Notes: generated by a model not told the origin, from the sequence alone. Numbered from the stretch's first letter, positions 12,039-25,256 are shown. The stretch: 64,000 nucleotides of DNA from Octopus bimaculoides (GCF_001194135.2 NC_068984.1:121955205-122019204); one strand, 5' to 3'. A program made the numbers and translations.

Positions 12039-12366
12039 CAGTGGTTTTCAACTGGGGTCCATATGGCCCTTGGAAGTCCATTATAAGATTTTGTTGTTAA
12101 AATTTATCTGCAATAAATTGGTTATACTTCTACAATACACAAAATATTTTTACGAATTTTTTTATACAATTTATAATAACGTTTAATTATAAAAATATAG
12201 TAAGTTTTCTTAAACAGCAAATAGTTAAGATTTTTTTATACAGTTCCTAGTATGAAAATATAGAAATATAACAGGATTTTTTAAACATCAAATGGATAAG
12301 TGAGTTCATCAGAATAAAATAGGACTCAAAGGAGGTCCACAGGTAAAAAATGGTTGAGAAACACTC
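12039..12366. mobile_element. hAT (Charlie-like) MITE
   Basis: Termini CAGTGGTTTTCAAC / GTTGAGAAACACTC; 8-bp TSD GTCTAGAG / GTGTAGAG (7 of 8 match). Confidence 0.8.
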
Positions 12367-13739
12367 GTGTAGAGTCCAAAGATGTGGCAGTCAAATTACA
12401 AGTTATTAAGAGAACATATGAAACTTCCAGTTGAGAAGGGGACTCGTTTGATATGTAAAAAGGAACTACATACTGGCTACTCAATGTAAAAGGTACAGTG
12501 GGATCAATAGTAGGTTTTCAAGAGTTCTAAATTTAAACCATTAAAATTTCATGTTAATTTATGTAACAAATACCAGCTTAATAATGACAAAGTTATTTTA
12601 CTAAATTCTTAATTTTTTTTCTAAATTAATTGAAGCAAACACAGTGTATTTCAACAGAAATATGGTAACAAAAGGATTTATAAGCTGGATACAAGAAAAG
12701 GGTCTAAGAAGAGTTATCCTTTTGTATAAAGGGCAGACTGTATGAAGCATATGTGAAAAATGTGATGTACAGTGAAATATGGGCAATGAATATGGAATAT
12801 CTACAAAGGTTGGAGAGAAATGTAGTGAGTATAACCTACTGAATGTGTAATGTTAGCTGAACACAAACAAACACAAAGACAGCGTTTGATTATTAAAGAC
12901 ATAAATTGACATGTGCAGTAAAGATGACTGTGCTTGTATGGACATGTGATGTGAATGGATGATGAGAACTGGTTGGAAAAGTGAAAAAACACAATATGCT
13001 ATAGGGGTGTGCGGGGGTTACACATAGAAGATCAGGGAAGACATGGGGCGAAGAAGTGAGGTCAGACCTCAAGATGATAGAGGCTCACAAATGATTAAAT
13101 TGATTAGTGCAGAAGACACATCAAATCCTTGCCAGCTTGGTAAACAGACATCAAAATGTTGATGAAAGGTTAATGTAAACTTGAATACAAAGCTGGATAT
13201 TGTTTAATTGTATCAAACAATACAACTAAACAATGTATTAAGTGATTACAATGCTGGCAGTGATATGGCAGCAATGTGTATTTTGAAGAACAACTATGGT
13301 ATTTATAATCATTCTTTTAGTTTAAGTGCCATAATCCATTTGATTTAAATGTTTTGAAGAAACACAATGTTATAATAAAAACCTTCCTGTTGTCAAAGAA
13401 TTTGTTATAAGAACTACTGAATGAAAATGTATTGTGACAAGCCATCACCTCATCGATTATATTTATCATTTATTTATTTATTTATTTATACATTCATTTT
13501 GTATGGCAATTTATGAACAATAGCGCCATTGGTTATAAGTTTCTAATGGACCAATTACTACAAGGGGCTCCATTTAAGAACATCAGTCTTTCCTTCACAA
13601 TGTTTACATCTTTGCTGATATACAGAGAAAGATTATATATATATGTGTGTGTGAGTGTGTACACACACACACACACATACACACATATATTGTTGATGAC
13701 ATATATATATATGTATGTGTGGGTGGGTGGGTGTGTATA

Positions 13740-13770
<31 letters not shown>

Positions 13771-13777
13771 CTATCTA

Positions 13778-13843
<66 letters not shown>

Positions 13844-13999
13844 CGTTGAAAATATAAGAGAAGTGAAGTGAGACAATAGATGTTTATTCCATTAGTTTAA
13901 TACTGTTTCACAATCATGTTACTTATATAATAGACATTACATCACCATTCATACATACATAGATATACACATACATATGTGTGTATGCTTATACACACA

Positions 14000-14878
14000 C
14001 ACAGATGATGGGCTTTCAGTTTCCAGCTGCAAAATCCATTCACAAGATTTTAGTTGGCCCGGGGCTGTAGTAAAAACCACTTGCCCAAGGTTCTATGCAG
14101 TGGGACCAAACCCAGAACCATGTGGTTGGGAAGCAAACTCCTTACAACACAGCCATATCTGTGCCTGTAGCATATTTATATATAAACTAAAGTATTAATT
14201 AGAAAGAGACAAATTTCCAGGTTGATAATACTCCTTGCCAAACCAACATATATCTAAACACAGAGGGTATATATAAACCATTATAAATATGCGAACATAT
14301 AACATATAAAAACATACATATACATATTATAGTGTAATTCTATGCTCAAATCAAAGTCGGATGAAGAATTGTATAAATACATACAGACAAATCAAAAAGT
14401 TTCAAGCTGATGAGATCACAGTTCACAATAACCCAAAAGGGAGGTCCTCAAATGAATCCAGCAAATACGAAAGAATTTTATGGCCATTTCCAGGAATATG
14501 CAAAGAAGTGTGCAGTTAAATCCTTTTCAACTTCAGTAATCCCCATTTCCTTCATCAGAGAATACGCACGGACACAAAGATATATATATATATATATATA
14601 TCATCATCATCGTCGTTTAACGTCCGTCGGGCTTCTTCCAGTTTCCATCTACCAAATCCACTCACAAGGCTTTGGTTGACTTGAGGCTATAGTGGAAGAC
14701 ACTTGCCCAAAGTGCCACACTGAACCCGGAAGCATGCCAGACTGAACCTAGAAGCATGTGGTTGGGAAGCAAGCTTCTTATCACACAGCCACACCTGCAC
14801 CTCCACCACACAGCCATGCCTATGTGCATTTATTTGTATATATATATATTCATATATATATATACATACATACATATA

Positions 14879-14910
<32 letters not shown>

Positions 14911-14911
14911 C

Positions 14912-14947
<36 letters not shown>

Positions 14948-15865
14948 NNNNNNNNNNNNNNNNNNNNNNNNNNNNNNNNNNNNNNNNNNNNNNNNNNNNN
15001 NNNNNNNNNNNNNNNNNNNNNNNNNNNNNNNNNNNNNNNNNNNNNNNNNNNNNNNNNNNNNNNNNNNNTCTACAGCTGGATGCCCTTCCTAACGCCAACC
15101 ACTCAGAGAGTGTAGTGGGTGCTTTTACGTGTCACCCGCACGAAAACGGCCACGCTCGAAATGGTGTCTTTTATGTGCCACCCGCACAAGAGCTAGTCCA
15201 GGGGCACTGGCAATGATCTCGCTTGAAAACACTACAAGGCCAGTCAGGCGGTACTGGCAACGGTCACGCTCAGGATGGTACATCTTATGTGCCACCCGCA
15301 CAAGAGCCAGTCCAGGGGCACTGGCAACGATCTCACTTGGCTTGCCGGGTCTTCTCACGCACAGCACATTTCCAAAGGTCTCGATACATACATATATATA
15401 TCTATATATGCATATGCATGCATTTTATGATGGCCCACATTTGCTTATATGCATAGGTCTAAAATAATATATATATTTTTACAAAGAATCATACGTAAAA
15501 CTGAACTGAATTCCCCTTCAGATATTTATAGTAACATAGACCATAACCTTTGCCTCCCCAAAACACAGGTCAAATTTTAAAAATAATAATCAAATAACGT
15601 CAACAACAATTAAACCCCAATTAGACATAAGCTGACCTACTAACCTATATATGGTACAAAAGTATGTAAATAAAAAACAAGACAAGGTAAAAGAAAAACT
15701 AAACAAACAGGGAGTGTTAGGTTGACAATCAGGAAAATTGGAAGACTGTCTATAATGTTTTGAGCATTTGCACCTCTGCAGAAAGAACAGATGAGAAGAG
15801 AGAGAAAAAAAACAGAAAAACAAATTGAATGTATCTAAATTACACGGTCACATATGTGTGTGCAC

Positions 15866-15909
<44 letters not shown>

Positions 15910-16385
15910 TATGATATATACATACATATATGTTTATACATACTTTTATATATGTATATATATATATATATATATGACAGGCTTCTTTCAATTTCTATCT
16001 ACCAAAGCCACTCAAAAGATTTTGGGCAGCATAAGACTATAATAGAAAACACTTGCCCAAGATGCCACGCAGTGGAACCGAATCCAGAACTATGTGGTTG
16101 GGAAGCAAGCTTCTTAGCTTGCAGCTATGCCTGTGCCTTTATAAATTAGCAACCAAGTAATATAGTACTCAATAACAAAAGTAGAATATTATAACACAAT
16201 AAAATATATATAGGTGTATGCTTATGTGTATATATATCTATAGAAACATGACAGGCTTTTTTGATTCTTTCAAGTAAATCTACACACAAGGAGGTGGTCA
16301 GCCCAGGGTTGTAGTAGAAGGTGTCTTGCAGCATGACTGAAATCAAAATCATGTGGTTTGAAAGCAAACTTCTTAATCACATGGC
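14000..16385 (-). mobile_element. Cluster of family-A SINE 5' halves (~14000-14165, 14630-14820, 15975-16135, 16250-16385) plus a family-D element with internal direct repeats (15069-15385)
   Basis: Recurrent CTACCAAATCCACTCACAAGGCTTT..ACTTGCCCAAG..AACCATGTGGTTGGGAAGCAA. The family-D copy holds two ~55-bp direct repeats TTATGTGCCACCCGCACAAGAGC.AGTCCAGGGGCACTGGCAA.GATCTC.CTTG. Confidence 0.7.
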
Positions 16386-19142
16386 CATTTATTACATGAT
16401 CATGTGACCAACCAAGCTATCAGATGTTACACATCGCTAGTCACAATGCACTTTTGCATTGTTTTAGCCTGCAAATGACACCACCCTGCTGGCTAGGTAA
16501 GCAGGCCAACATTCCCCACTGATCAAAAGGGGGATTGAAGCAACATGAAATGAAGTGTATTGCTCAAAAACACAACATGCACCCAGTCCGGGAATTGAAC
16601 TCATGATCTAATGATTGTGCGTGCAACAGCCTAACCACTAGGTCACGCACACACACACACATAATATTATACTATATTACATTGTTATATCATATTACAT
16701 TATATTATATTATATTATATTAAATTATGAACTAAAAGCAGCTCTAATAATGTAGACACTATCAGTCACACATATATAGTGTATGTGGTTTGTTTATATG
16801 CCAAACTTGTGGAATAGCGTGAAAAAATAAATAGAAATGGCTTTTCTGATAATTTTTCCACTTTGATAATTACATGTTTATAATGATTCATAAACATCCA
16901 ATTATTGAAGTGGAAAAATTATCAGAAAAGCCATTCCTATTCATTTTTTTTCAAACACACACACACACAAACACGCATGCACACATGTATGTCAGCTTGT
17001 AGATGTGTATTACCATCACTGACAAAGCAATGCTTGTGCAAAATTTTAGGTGCAATAAGACTTGCACACCTTCTCACAAACCCTCTTCGCCCTACTGACA
17101 TGATCCTGAGACAAACCGAAGCAAGACATCTAGTGCCAATATGGGTTGCACATTAGGGATATGTGGGAGTGCCATGATTTTAAGCACAAACAAAATGTAC
17201 CCCCAAATGTCCATGTCATTCCATGCATATCTATTTTTTTTTTTTATATCAGGGTGACTTTCTCCTAGAGACATGCTTTAAAAAAGAGCTGAGAGTACCT
17301 CACTCCTAGTGGTCTTCCAGCATACTGGATGCCAACCCAGAATTTCTGAGTGCCCATGTTATTATTAGATAGTCATTGAACTTACACTGGTTCATTTGTC
17401 CTTTTGACAGGTCTTGTTTTAGTCCTGCTGGGTTTCTAGCCACCCTCTTCTCCAGGTTAGCCTAGTGGGGATGCTGGTTTACTTGCCAACAACCTGTCCA
17501 TGCAACAAGCTGTACTGGATTCCATGTTACCAGTAGCCCTCATGAGAGACCTCACAAGTGACTCGACACATATATACACACACATCCACACATATGAGAA
17601 TGCATAGACTAGACATATATACTTAAATATATATATGTGTTTGTGTTTATGTATGCACACAGTATTAATTAGATATCAAAGAAAGATTTAGCTAGCCATG
17701 TATACATAATTAATACTAATTAATGCTATTGAAATGATAGACTGTTACTTCAAACATATTTGTATATATCTCATATGGTCTAGTGTAGGTATGTATTAAG
17801 TGAACAATGCCCTACAGCAATATAGCTTCTCCCAAATAAGCCAACCTTGCTTTTCTATACGCTACATTTAGTGCAGATGGTAGGAGCAGCCATACTGATG
17901 GGGTTCTGATGAATAGCAAATGTCTGGTAATCTAAAACTGGTTATTCATTACTTTGTAGGTAAGGTTTTTTAATCAAAGCCTAAACGTTGTGATAACCTT
18001 GAAATGTTACCTCCCCCTTCAACTGTGACATGTATAGCCCACCAGCACAAACATGTTCTGAAGTCCAGTAATCAGTACTTATTCAAGGGTAAAATGATAA
18101 TGCTTAATGGTTGGGTGTTGGGCCAGCAACAAAATACTGTAACAACATAAAACTCATTAAAGAAATTTTGAGAATTAACATTCTAGAAGGCAAGAATAAA
18201 AGAGAGATGGTAGATGTGAGATGGAATTGGGCCAGATCCAAAAGGAAGTCCAATGCCTAATAGATAGGATCATCAATGCTAAATACACTACAAAAATTAG
18301 GATGTGGGATGGATGCAGTCTATACTAGGTAGGAAAGATAACTAAGTACTGAAAGAAATGAAACAATACTGTCTAAGTATTTTTGGGAACTAGTAAAGTA
18401 TGATGGACAGGATAAAAATAGCTGACAAGAAGATTATCATGTCCATGGAGTTGGTATTATATGAACTAAAGAAGTAACATAAGCATTGGTAGAATGGAAA
18501 CCAGTCAGTGATCAAATTATAATAGCTAGATTGTAAAGTCAATTCAATACAAATCTATGCATTAACTGGAACTGATACTGATGTTTTTGTTTTTTTTTAT
18601 AATCAGTTGCAAATAGTCATAGAGAATGTAATGAGTTAAGATATCAAGTTATTAACTGGAGATTTAAGTGCTAAACTGGATGAAAAGAGAAGTGAAGTAG
18701 AATCTTACATTTTACCCACAAAGGTTTACAGAAATGATCAATGAAAATGGAGAGCGGCTACTGTTACTAAATAGTCTCTATAACTCAAACAATGGGAATA
18801 ATTTTTTCAGACATAAAAACATCCATAAGATAATCAGGACATCTTCGAATACCAGTAGCAGAAATAGAATCAATTAACTTCCATAACTTGTTATAGAAAA
18901 AAGTCTAGTTGATGCTAAAAGAGAACAAAAGGGTCAAATCAGCAGATGATATGCAACTGAGAACCTGAAAGAACCAGTTGTAGCAGAAAGGTTTCATGTG
19001 AAGGTAAGAAATTAGCTGCAGGTTTTAAATACAAGAGCAAGAAAAGAAATATTGAAGGGCAATGAAAAGGATTTATTCAGACCATCAATGTCAGGAAAAG
19101 ACACAGCTAAGAGGGAGCAATAGATATCAGTAGAATCATGGA

Positions 19143-19535
19143 CTATGATTTGTTGTTGGCACTCCGTCGCTTACAACATCGAGGGTTCCAGTTGATCCGA
19201 TCAACGGAACAGCCTGCTCGTGAAATTAACGTGCAAGTGGCTGAGTACTCCACAGACACGTGTACCCTTAACGTAGTTCTCGGGGATATTCAGCGTAACA
19301 CAGTGTGACAAGGTTGACCCTTTGAATTACAGGCACAACAGAAACAGGAAGTAAGAGTGAGAGAAAGTTGTGGTGGAAGAGTTCAGCAGGGTTTGCCACC
19401 ATCCCCTGCCGGAGCCTCGTGGAGTTTTAGGTGTTTTCGCTCAATGAACACTCACAACGCCCGGTCTGGGAATCAAAACCGCGATTCTATGACCGCGAGT
19501 CCGCTGCCCTAACCACTGGGCCATTGCGCCTCCAC
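19143..19535 (-). mobile_element. Young tRNA-derived SINE with family-B tail 1 but a different central domain
   Basis: Head GTGGAGGCGCAATGGCCCAGTGGTTAGGGCAGCGGACTCGCGGTCATAGAATCGCGGTTTTGATTCCC with A/B boxes; CpGs retained. TSD CATGGA at 19137-19142 and 19536-19541. Confidence 0.85.
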
Positions 19536-20009
19536 CATGGAATATGGTAGATTGAGAAGAAAGATGCAAAAATCAACATAAAGGGGAGCCAACCAGAATC
19601 TTGGAAGAGTGGAGAGTTGAGGATAAACACTACATACTTCTGGATAAAAGATGAACTGAAGTTGCAAGAGAGACAAGAGGGGTCAGCAGTGAGCTAAAGC
19701 ACAGAGAGCAGCAGATATGTGGCTAAAAATAACACTGTATATATATAAGACAGACAAAATAATTTATTGATAGGAAAAGTATTAGCAATCAGGAGCAAAG
19801 CTGACTGCATCCTAATGATTGGTGAAGCTCAAACCTAGAGACTTTTAAGGGAAGTAATCAATCAGCCACCACCACCACAGCTGCTGCTGCTACCACTGGC
19901 CTCCACCACCCAGTCCTTTTAATTTTGAACAAGAAATGGATGCCACTCAATTGAATGTGTCACTGGAAGACACAACAGAACAAGTCCTTACAGTCATTAA
20001 ATACTGAAG

Positions 20010-20262
20010 TAGTGGTTCTCGATCATTTTTTCACCAATTCACTCTTGATTCCTGCTTTACTTGCATGGACCCTCATAACCATTTGATATTTAAGAAAACC
20101 TATTATATTTTTATAATTAAATATCATCAGATTTTGTATAAAAATTTGTTAAAATATTTTGTGTATTGCAGAAGTGTAACCAATTTATTGCACATAAACT
20201 TTAACAACAAAATCTTATGTGGACCCCACAAAGGTCATATGGACCCCTGTTGAGAACCACTG
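20010..20262. mobile_element. hAT (Charlie-like) MITE
   Basis: Termini TAGTGGTTCTC / GTTGAGAACCACTG; internal GGACCCC motifs shared with 12039-12366 and ~51600-51705. Confidence 0.7.
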
Positions 20263-20829
20263 CACAAAAGGAATAACAAGGCAGTAGTACAGGATCATAT
20301 CCCAGCAGAAATGTTGAAACATGGGCAGGGAATTATTGCACAGGAACTTGTCTATCTTTTCAATATGATATGCTATACAGAACAGTGCCCAGATGATGGG
20401 AGACAAGAAGTTATTCTGACTCTACCAAAGAAGTGATACCTCAGTGCTTGTAACATTTAGTGAGGTATCATATTGTTCTTGATTTCAAGGAAAAACATTT
20501 AGTACAGCAGTCCTCAATAGACTAAGACAAAAATTAACCCACAACCTCCATGAACATTAGGCTGACTTTCCTAACATGTACAGAACAAATTTTCAACTGT
20601 ATAAAACAGCATTGTGAATTTCATATACCTCTAGTTATCAATTGCACTGACCCACAAACTTCAAGATGACCTTTAGCAGAATTCACCATGGATTACAATA
20701 AGAGATTGTACAAATCAACAGCATCCATGAAAAATTTATCAACAACTTCACATCCCTCTATTAACATTCTTTTCATTGTATCAGAACAAGATGAGAATCT
20801 AGAGTTAATTGACACTATGTCAGTGTCCA

Positions 20830-21205
20830 CCAAGACTTTTCCTTTTAATAATTGTTTCAGTTGTTGGACTGCAGCCCTGCTGGTGCACAGCCTTGAAGGG
20901 TGTAGCTGAGCAGATCAATCTCATCACTTACTTTTAAAACTGGTACTTATTCTATCAGTTTCATTTTTGCCAAACTGCTAAGTTGTGGTGACATGAACAA
21001 ACCAACACTGGTTGTCAAGTAATGGTGAGAGACAAACATAAAAACAAAAACACACAGACACAGACACACACACACACACACACACACAACTGGCTTTTAG
21101 TCTCAGTTCACAAGGCTTTAGTTGGCTCAGGCCTATAGTAAAAGACACTTGCCTAAGGTGCCATGCAGTTGAACTGAACCTAGAAGCATGTAGTTGGGAA
21201 AGTGT
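20830..21205 (-). mobile_element. Family-A SINE (full length, decayed)
   Basis: Collinear with 62258-62669, including the internal (CA)n. Confidence 0.75.
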
Positions 21206-21529
21206 ATTGTTTTCATTTTTCTCCAGCCTATTTGTAATAACTTCATTATAAAGAAGATTATGAGCAACTCGGCACATGGAACAGAATGAGAAGGGAAGCT
21301 AGGTGATTTGGATTCTGCTGATGATATTGCACAACTAAGTCATCAAGGTGGAGAGTGGACTGGAAATAACATCGACCTTATGTGCAAATGCAAGGAAAAG
21401 AGGACTTTGTATTGGCATACATTCAAATTTATGTTCATGAAACAAAGTAATATATAACTGAGTCACCCTGTTAATACACACATACATATATGTATATACA
21501 AATATTTATGTGCATTTCTATGCATGTGA

Positions 21530-21574
<45 letters not shown>

Positions 21575-21578
<4 letters not shown>

Positions 21579-22860
21579 GCCATCCCATAAGTTCTGTCCG
21601 AATTTTGAATAAAGAAAACAAGTGATCAAATGTTATATTTAATTGAAATTTAATCATCAATGTACTTTCCCTGATTATCTATGACTTCCTTCCATCTATT
21701 GACAAGCTTTTTAATCCCATCAATGTAAAACTCTTTTGGTTTCAAAGTGAAGAACTCAGAAATGTCAGTTTTGACCTCCTCCTGGCTTGCGAAAGTTATG
21801 TCCCCCAAATGATTCTGTAAACTACAAAACAAATGGTAGTCTGAAGGAGCAAGGTCAGAAGAATAAGGTGGATGAGGAATTTTTTCCCACCCAAGTTCTT
21901 TGATCTTCTGTGATGTGATCTTTGCAGTGTGGGGTCGTGCATTATCCTGATGAAACATCACTCCTTTTCGATTCACTAAAGCGGGTCTTTTTTTCTTCAA
22001 AGCTTGGTTCAAACACTCTAATTGCTGACAGTAGACTTGAGCATTGATTGTTGCATTAGGTGGTAACAATTCAAAGTAAATTACTCTTTTGCAATCCCAC
22101 CAGATAGAGAGAAGAACCTTTTTCTCATGAAGTTCCCTTCTCAGTTATGGTTGAGCTTTTTCCCTTTTACCAAGCAGCCACTGTTTACAACGTTTAATAT
22201 TTCGATAGAAGATCCATTTTTCATCACCAGTCACAAGTCTATCCAAAATGAGTGAAATGAGTTTGCGAGAATGGAGAGAAGAGCAGATGTCAAATTGGGA
22301 TTTGCGGTTGCTTTCAGACAATTCATGAGGCACCCATTTTCCAAGTTTAGAAACCTTTCCAAGCTGTTGAAGATGACGATGAACAGTTGTATGGTTTGAA
22401 CTAAGCTTTATTGCCAATTCTTCAACTGATAATGCAAGATTTTCTTCAAGTAATGCCTCAAGGAGCTTATCATCAAACTCAACTGGATATCCTGTTTGAT
22501 CTTCATCTTCAAGGCTGAAATCTCCACTTCTGATTTTTGCAAACCATCTTCTGCAAGTACTTTCATTCAAGCATTCTTTTCCATAAACTGAGTGTATGTT
22601 TCAAGTCACTTCGGCTGCAGAGTTTCCTTTCTTGTACTCATAAAGCATTATGTGCCTCAAATACTCTTTGGATACTTCCATGTTAGAAAGGGTTTCAAAG
22701 AAATTTTAATTCTATTATTCTGTGAAATAATATTTAATTAGTTTAAATGTACACAAATGCATAAAAATAATTTTTAATTCCATTAGACATTCTAAAATAC
22801 TATTAAATTTCATTCAATTTAAAAAAGGTAAAATCGGACAGAACTTATGGGATGAACTGA
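21575..22860 (-). mobile_element. Full-length mariner (DD34D) transposon, 1286 bp
   Basis: TIRs TCAGGCCATCCCATAAGTTCTGTCCGAATTTT / AAAATCGGACAGAACTTATGGGATGAACTGA, with TA repeats on both sides. Confidence 0.95.
21650..22681 (-). pseudogene. Mariner transposase pseudogene (343 codons, two in-frame stops, no frameshift)
   Basis: ATG at 22681 (MEVSKEYLRHIMLYEYKKGNSAAEVT*) is in frame with both track ORFs (22145-22570, 21650-22069). Motifs WVPHEL, TGDEKW, HQDNARPH and YSSDLAPSD; 34 residues lie between the last two Asp. Confidence 0.92.
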
Positions 22861-22967
22861 TATATATATGTATATATGTGTATATGTATGAACACACAAG
22901 CAGAAATGGGAACTCCATTGGGCTTGAAGCAAACATGTTAGTTAGATTAATCCTTTGCTCAGGTTTA

Positions 22968-23020
<53 letters not shown>

Positions 23021-23616
23021 CATGTGCATGTGAGTTAGTGTGGCTGTACTCATAAACCTGTTAACGAGAAAAGGAGAAAGTGAGAGAGAAACAGAGAAAG
23101 AGACAGAGAGAGAGTGTGCAACAGATTTAGTGAGAGATTACTACTCCTACTACTACTACTACTACTACTACTACTATTACTACTACTACTACTATTACTA
23201 CTACTACTACTGACTGTATACAAATGCTGTAACATTCAGGTTTATCTGTACTATTACAATGACAGCTAACCTTAGAACAACGGCTATAGTACTGATATAT
23301 AGTTCACTAATCATATATCAATCCCCTATGGGGCAGCAATCTCTCAACTATCTTTCATAAGTCCTGCTTTGTATTAACAGATTTGTGGTTTCATATAGCT
23401 AGTGGCACAGTTGTTGTTGCTACTATTACTATTGTTGTTGTTTCAGAAGATGTGGAATGGTAGAAATGGTAATATGCAGGACAAACTGTCTTGTAGAATT
23501 TAGATACCATTCTTTTATGTTCTAGATTTAAATTTGTATGGAATAATGTAATGTGGGTCAATAAAATATGGAATATACAGAAAATTTATTTGATCAGCTC
23601 TATCCCACCTTTGAGG

Positions 23617-23790
23617 AGGCACATGGCTCAGTGGTTAGAGCAGTGAGCTCACAATTTTGAGGTAGTGAGTTCAATTCCCAAACTAGGCTGTGTGTTGTGT
23701 TCTTGAGTAAGACACTTTATTTCACATTGCTCCAGTTTGCTCAGTTGTAGAAATGAGTTGTGACATCACCGGTGTCAAGCTGTACCAGCC
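23617..23790 (+). mobile_element. Family-B SINE head and central domain
   Basis: A-box TGGCTCAGTGG, B-box GTTCAATTCCC, then TGTGTTGTGTTCTTGAGTAAGACACTTTATTTCAC. Confidence 0.75.
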
Positions 23791-24345
23791 TTTGCCAACT
23801 TTCTGGGGTGAAATCCCATGGTCTTTACCCTTTTTCTATCCTGCCCTTAGTAAGTTTACGGCCTGGTACCTATGTTACAAATCCTTATTAGAGAGCTGGG
23901 CAGAATCCGTATGATGTGCTGGTTTTGGGGTTTTTTTAAAGTTTTTTTTAAGCTTGTAAAGAATGTTTTCTTTAAATGATTTCTGAGATTTCTTAAAAGA
24001 CAAACAAAATTTTCACCTTTTTGCCTTTTCTTGTCTTATTCTAAACTTCTCTGAACTTCTCTTAATTTATTCAGTTACAGTATTTCACCTTCTTTCTTTG
24101 CCTTCCTAACCTCTACTACAAAAGGTGTTACCCTGTTGTCTTACTATGCTAATCCTTATAATATCAGAATAAAATATGTTGCAGCATTTATTTAGGTTCT
24201 TTACAACCAGAATCCAAATTTTGCAGGGGACCACTTTGCCATTCAATTTCAGAATCAACGAAATTAAGTACCAAAATCAGTCAAGAACTGGGGTTGATGA
24301 AATAAGCTTAGTCTTCCCTTTCAAAATTGCTAGCATTTCATCCAT

Positions 24346-24539
24346 ACTCTTTTACTTGTTTCAGTCATTTGACTGTGGCCATGCTGGAGCACCACCTTTA
24401 ATCAAGCAAATCAACCCCAGGACTTATTCTTTGTAAACCTAGTACTTATTCTATTGGTCTCTTTTGCCAAACCGCTAAGTTACAGGACGTAAACACACCA
24501 GCATCGGTTGTCAAGCGATGTTGGCGGGGACAAACACAG

Positions 24540-24596
<57 letters not shown>

Positions 24597-24761
24597 TATG
24601 ATGGGCTTCTTTCAGTTTCCATCTACCAAATCCACTCACGAGGCTTTGGTCGGCCCAAGGCTATAGTAGAAGACACTCGCCCAAGATGCCACGCAGTGGG
24701 ACTGAACCCGATACTATGTGGTTCGTAAGCAAGCTACTTACCACACAGCCACTCCTATGCC
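24346..24761 (-). mobile_element. Family-A SINE, full length, with internal (CA)n(TA)n
   Basis: Collinear and ~90% similar by eye to 62258-62669. Confidence 0.85.
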
Positions 24762-24777
24762 TAAAGAAAAAGTAATT

Positions 24778-24850
24778 TGCCCAACGTGGGGCATGAACCC
24801 ACAACCCCGAGATTAAGAGTCTTGTGCTCTATCAACTGAGCTAGCCGGGC
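24778..24850 (-). tRNA. tRNA-Lys(CTT), probably a pseudogene
   Basis: GCCCGGCTAGCTCAGTTGATAGAGCACAAGACTCTTAATCTCGGGGTTGTGGGTTCATGCCCCACGTTGGGCA matches the conserved metazoan Lys-CTT gene over 73 nt. It has lesions in the D loop (TCGG>TTGA), the T loop (TTCGAGC>TTCATGC, A58 lost) and an A-C anticodon-stem mismatch. A T5 run lies 6 nt downstream. Confidence 0.85.
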
Positions 24851-25172
24851 TACACATTCTGAGTTCAAATTCTACTAGGGTCAACTTTGCCTTTCATCCT
24901 TTTGAGGGTTGATAAAATAAGCACCAGTGAAACACTGGAGTCAATGTAATCAACTAGCCCTCTCCCCTCAAATTTCAAGCCCTCTGCTTATAATAGAAAA
25001 GAATTTTAAGGCAATGAGTTGGCAGAAGCGTTAGTACAGCGGGTAAAATGTTTAGCAGCATTTCAGCCATCTTCATGTTCCGAGTTCAAATTGCTAGTCT
25101 TGTGCCAAAATTTGAAACCATGATGATGATGACGATGACGATGACGATGACTACTACTACTACTACTATTAC

Positions 25173-25256
<84 letters not shown>

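Larger units (their letters stand above)
10230..13170 (+). mobile_element. Heavily decayed RTE-clade LINE (RT to 3' tail), interrupted by MITEs
   Basis: ~11400-11530 reads like KGDALD..Y RGLKLLDQVLKVVERILVKLV.DKVCLN, homologous to 63648-64000. The 3' end CCTTGCCAGCTTGGTAAACAGACATCAAAATGTTGATG resembles the family-D tail. Confidence 0.55.
18290..21440 (+). mobile_element. Decayed RTE-clade LINE (AP endonuclease and RT), interrupted by two SINEs and a hAT MITE
   Basis: Frameshifted APE motifs HGVGII..KE...ALVEWKPVSDQIIIAR, FYNQLQIVIE, LLTGDLSAKL and NENGERL at 18440-18770; RT-like remnants (IPDDG.QEVILTLPK, DSADDIAQLSH) at 20260-21440. Confidence 0.65.

Noticed and set aside
13513-13871. Many 60-170 aa ORFs rich in IY, CV, HT, poly-I, poly-S or poly-N throughout the window
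   Set aside because: Translations of (TA)n, (TG)n, (ATT)n and (CAT)n repeats or of SINE bodies; no domain signal.
14400-14580. Complex-looking segment with a short ORF (14410-14679)
   Set aside because: No recognisable motif in six frames; at most an unassignable transposon remnant.
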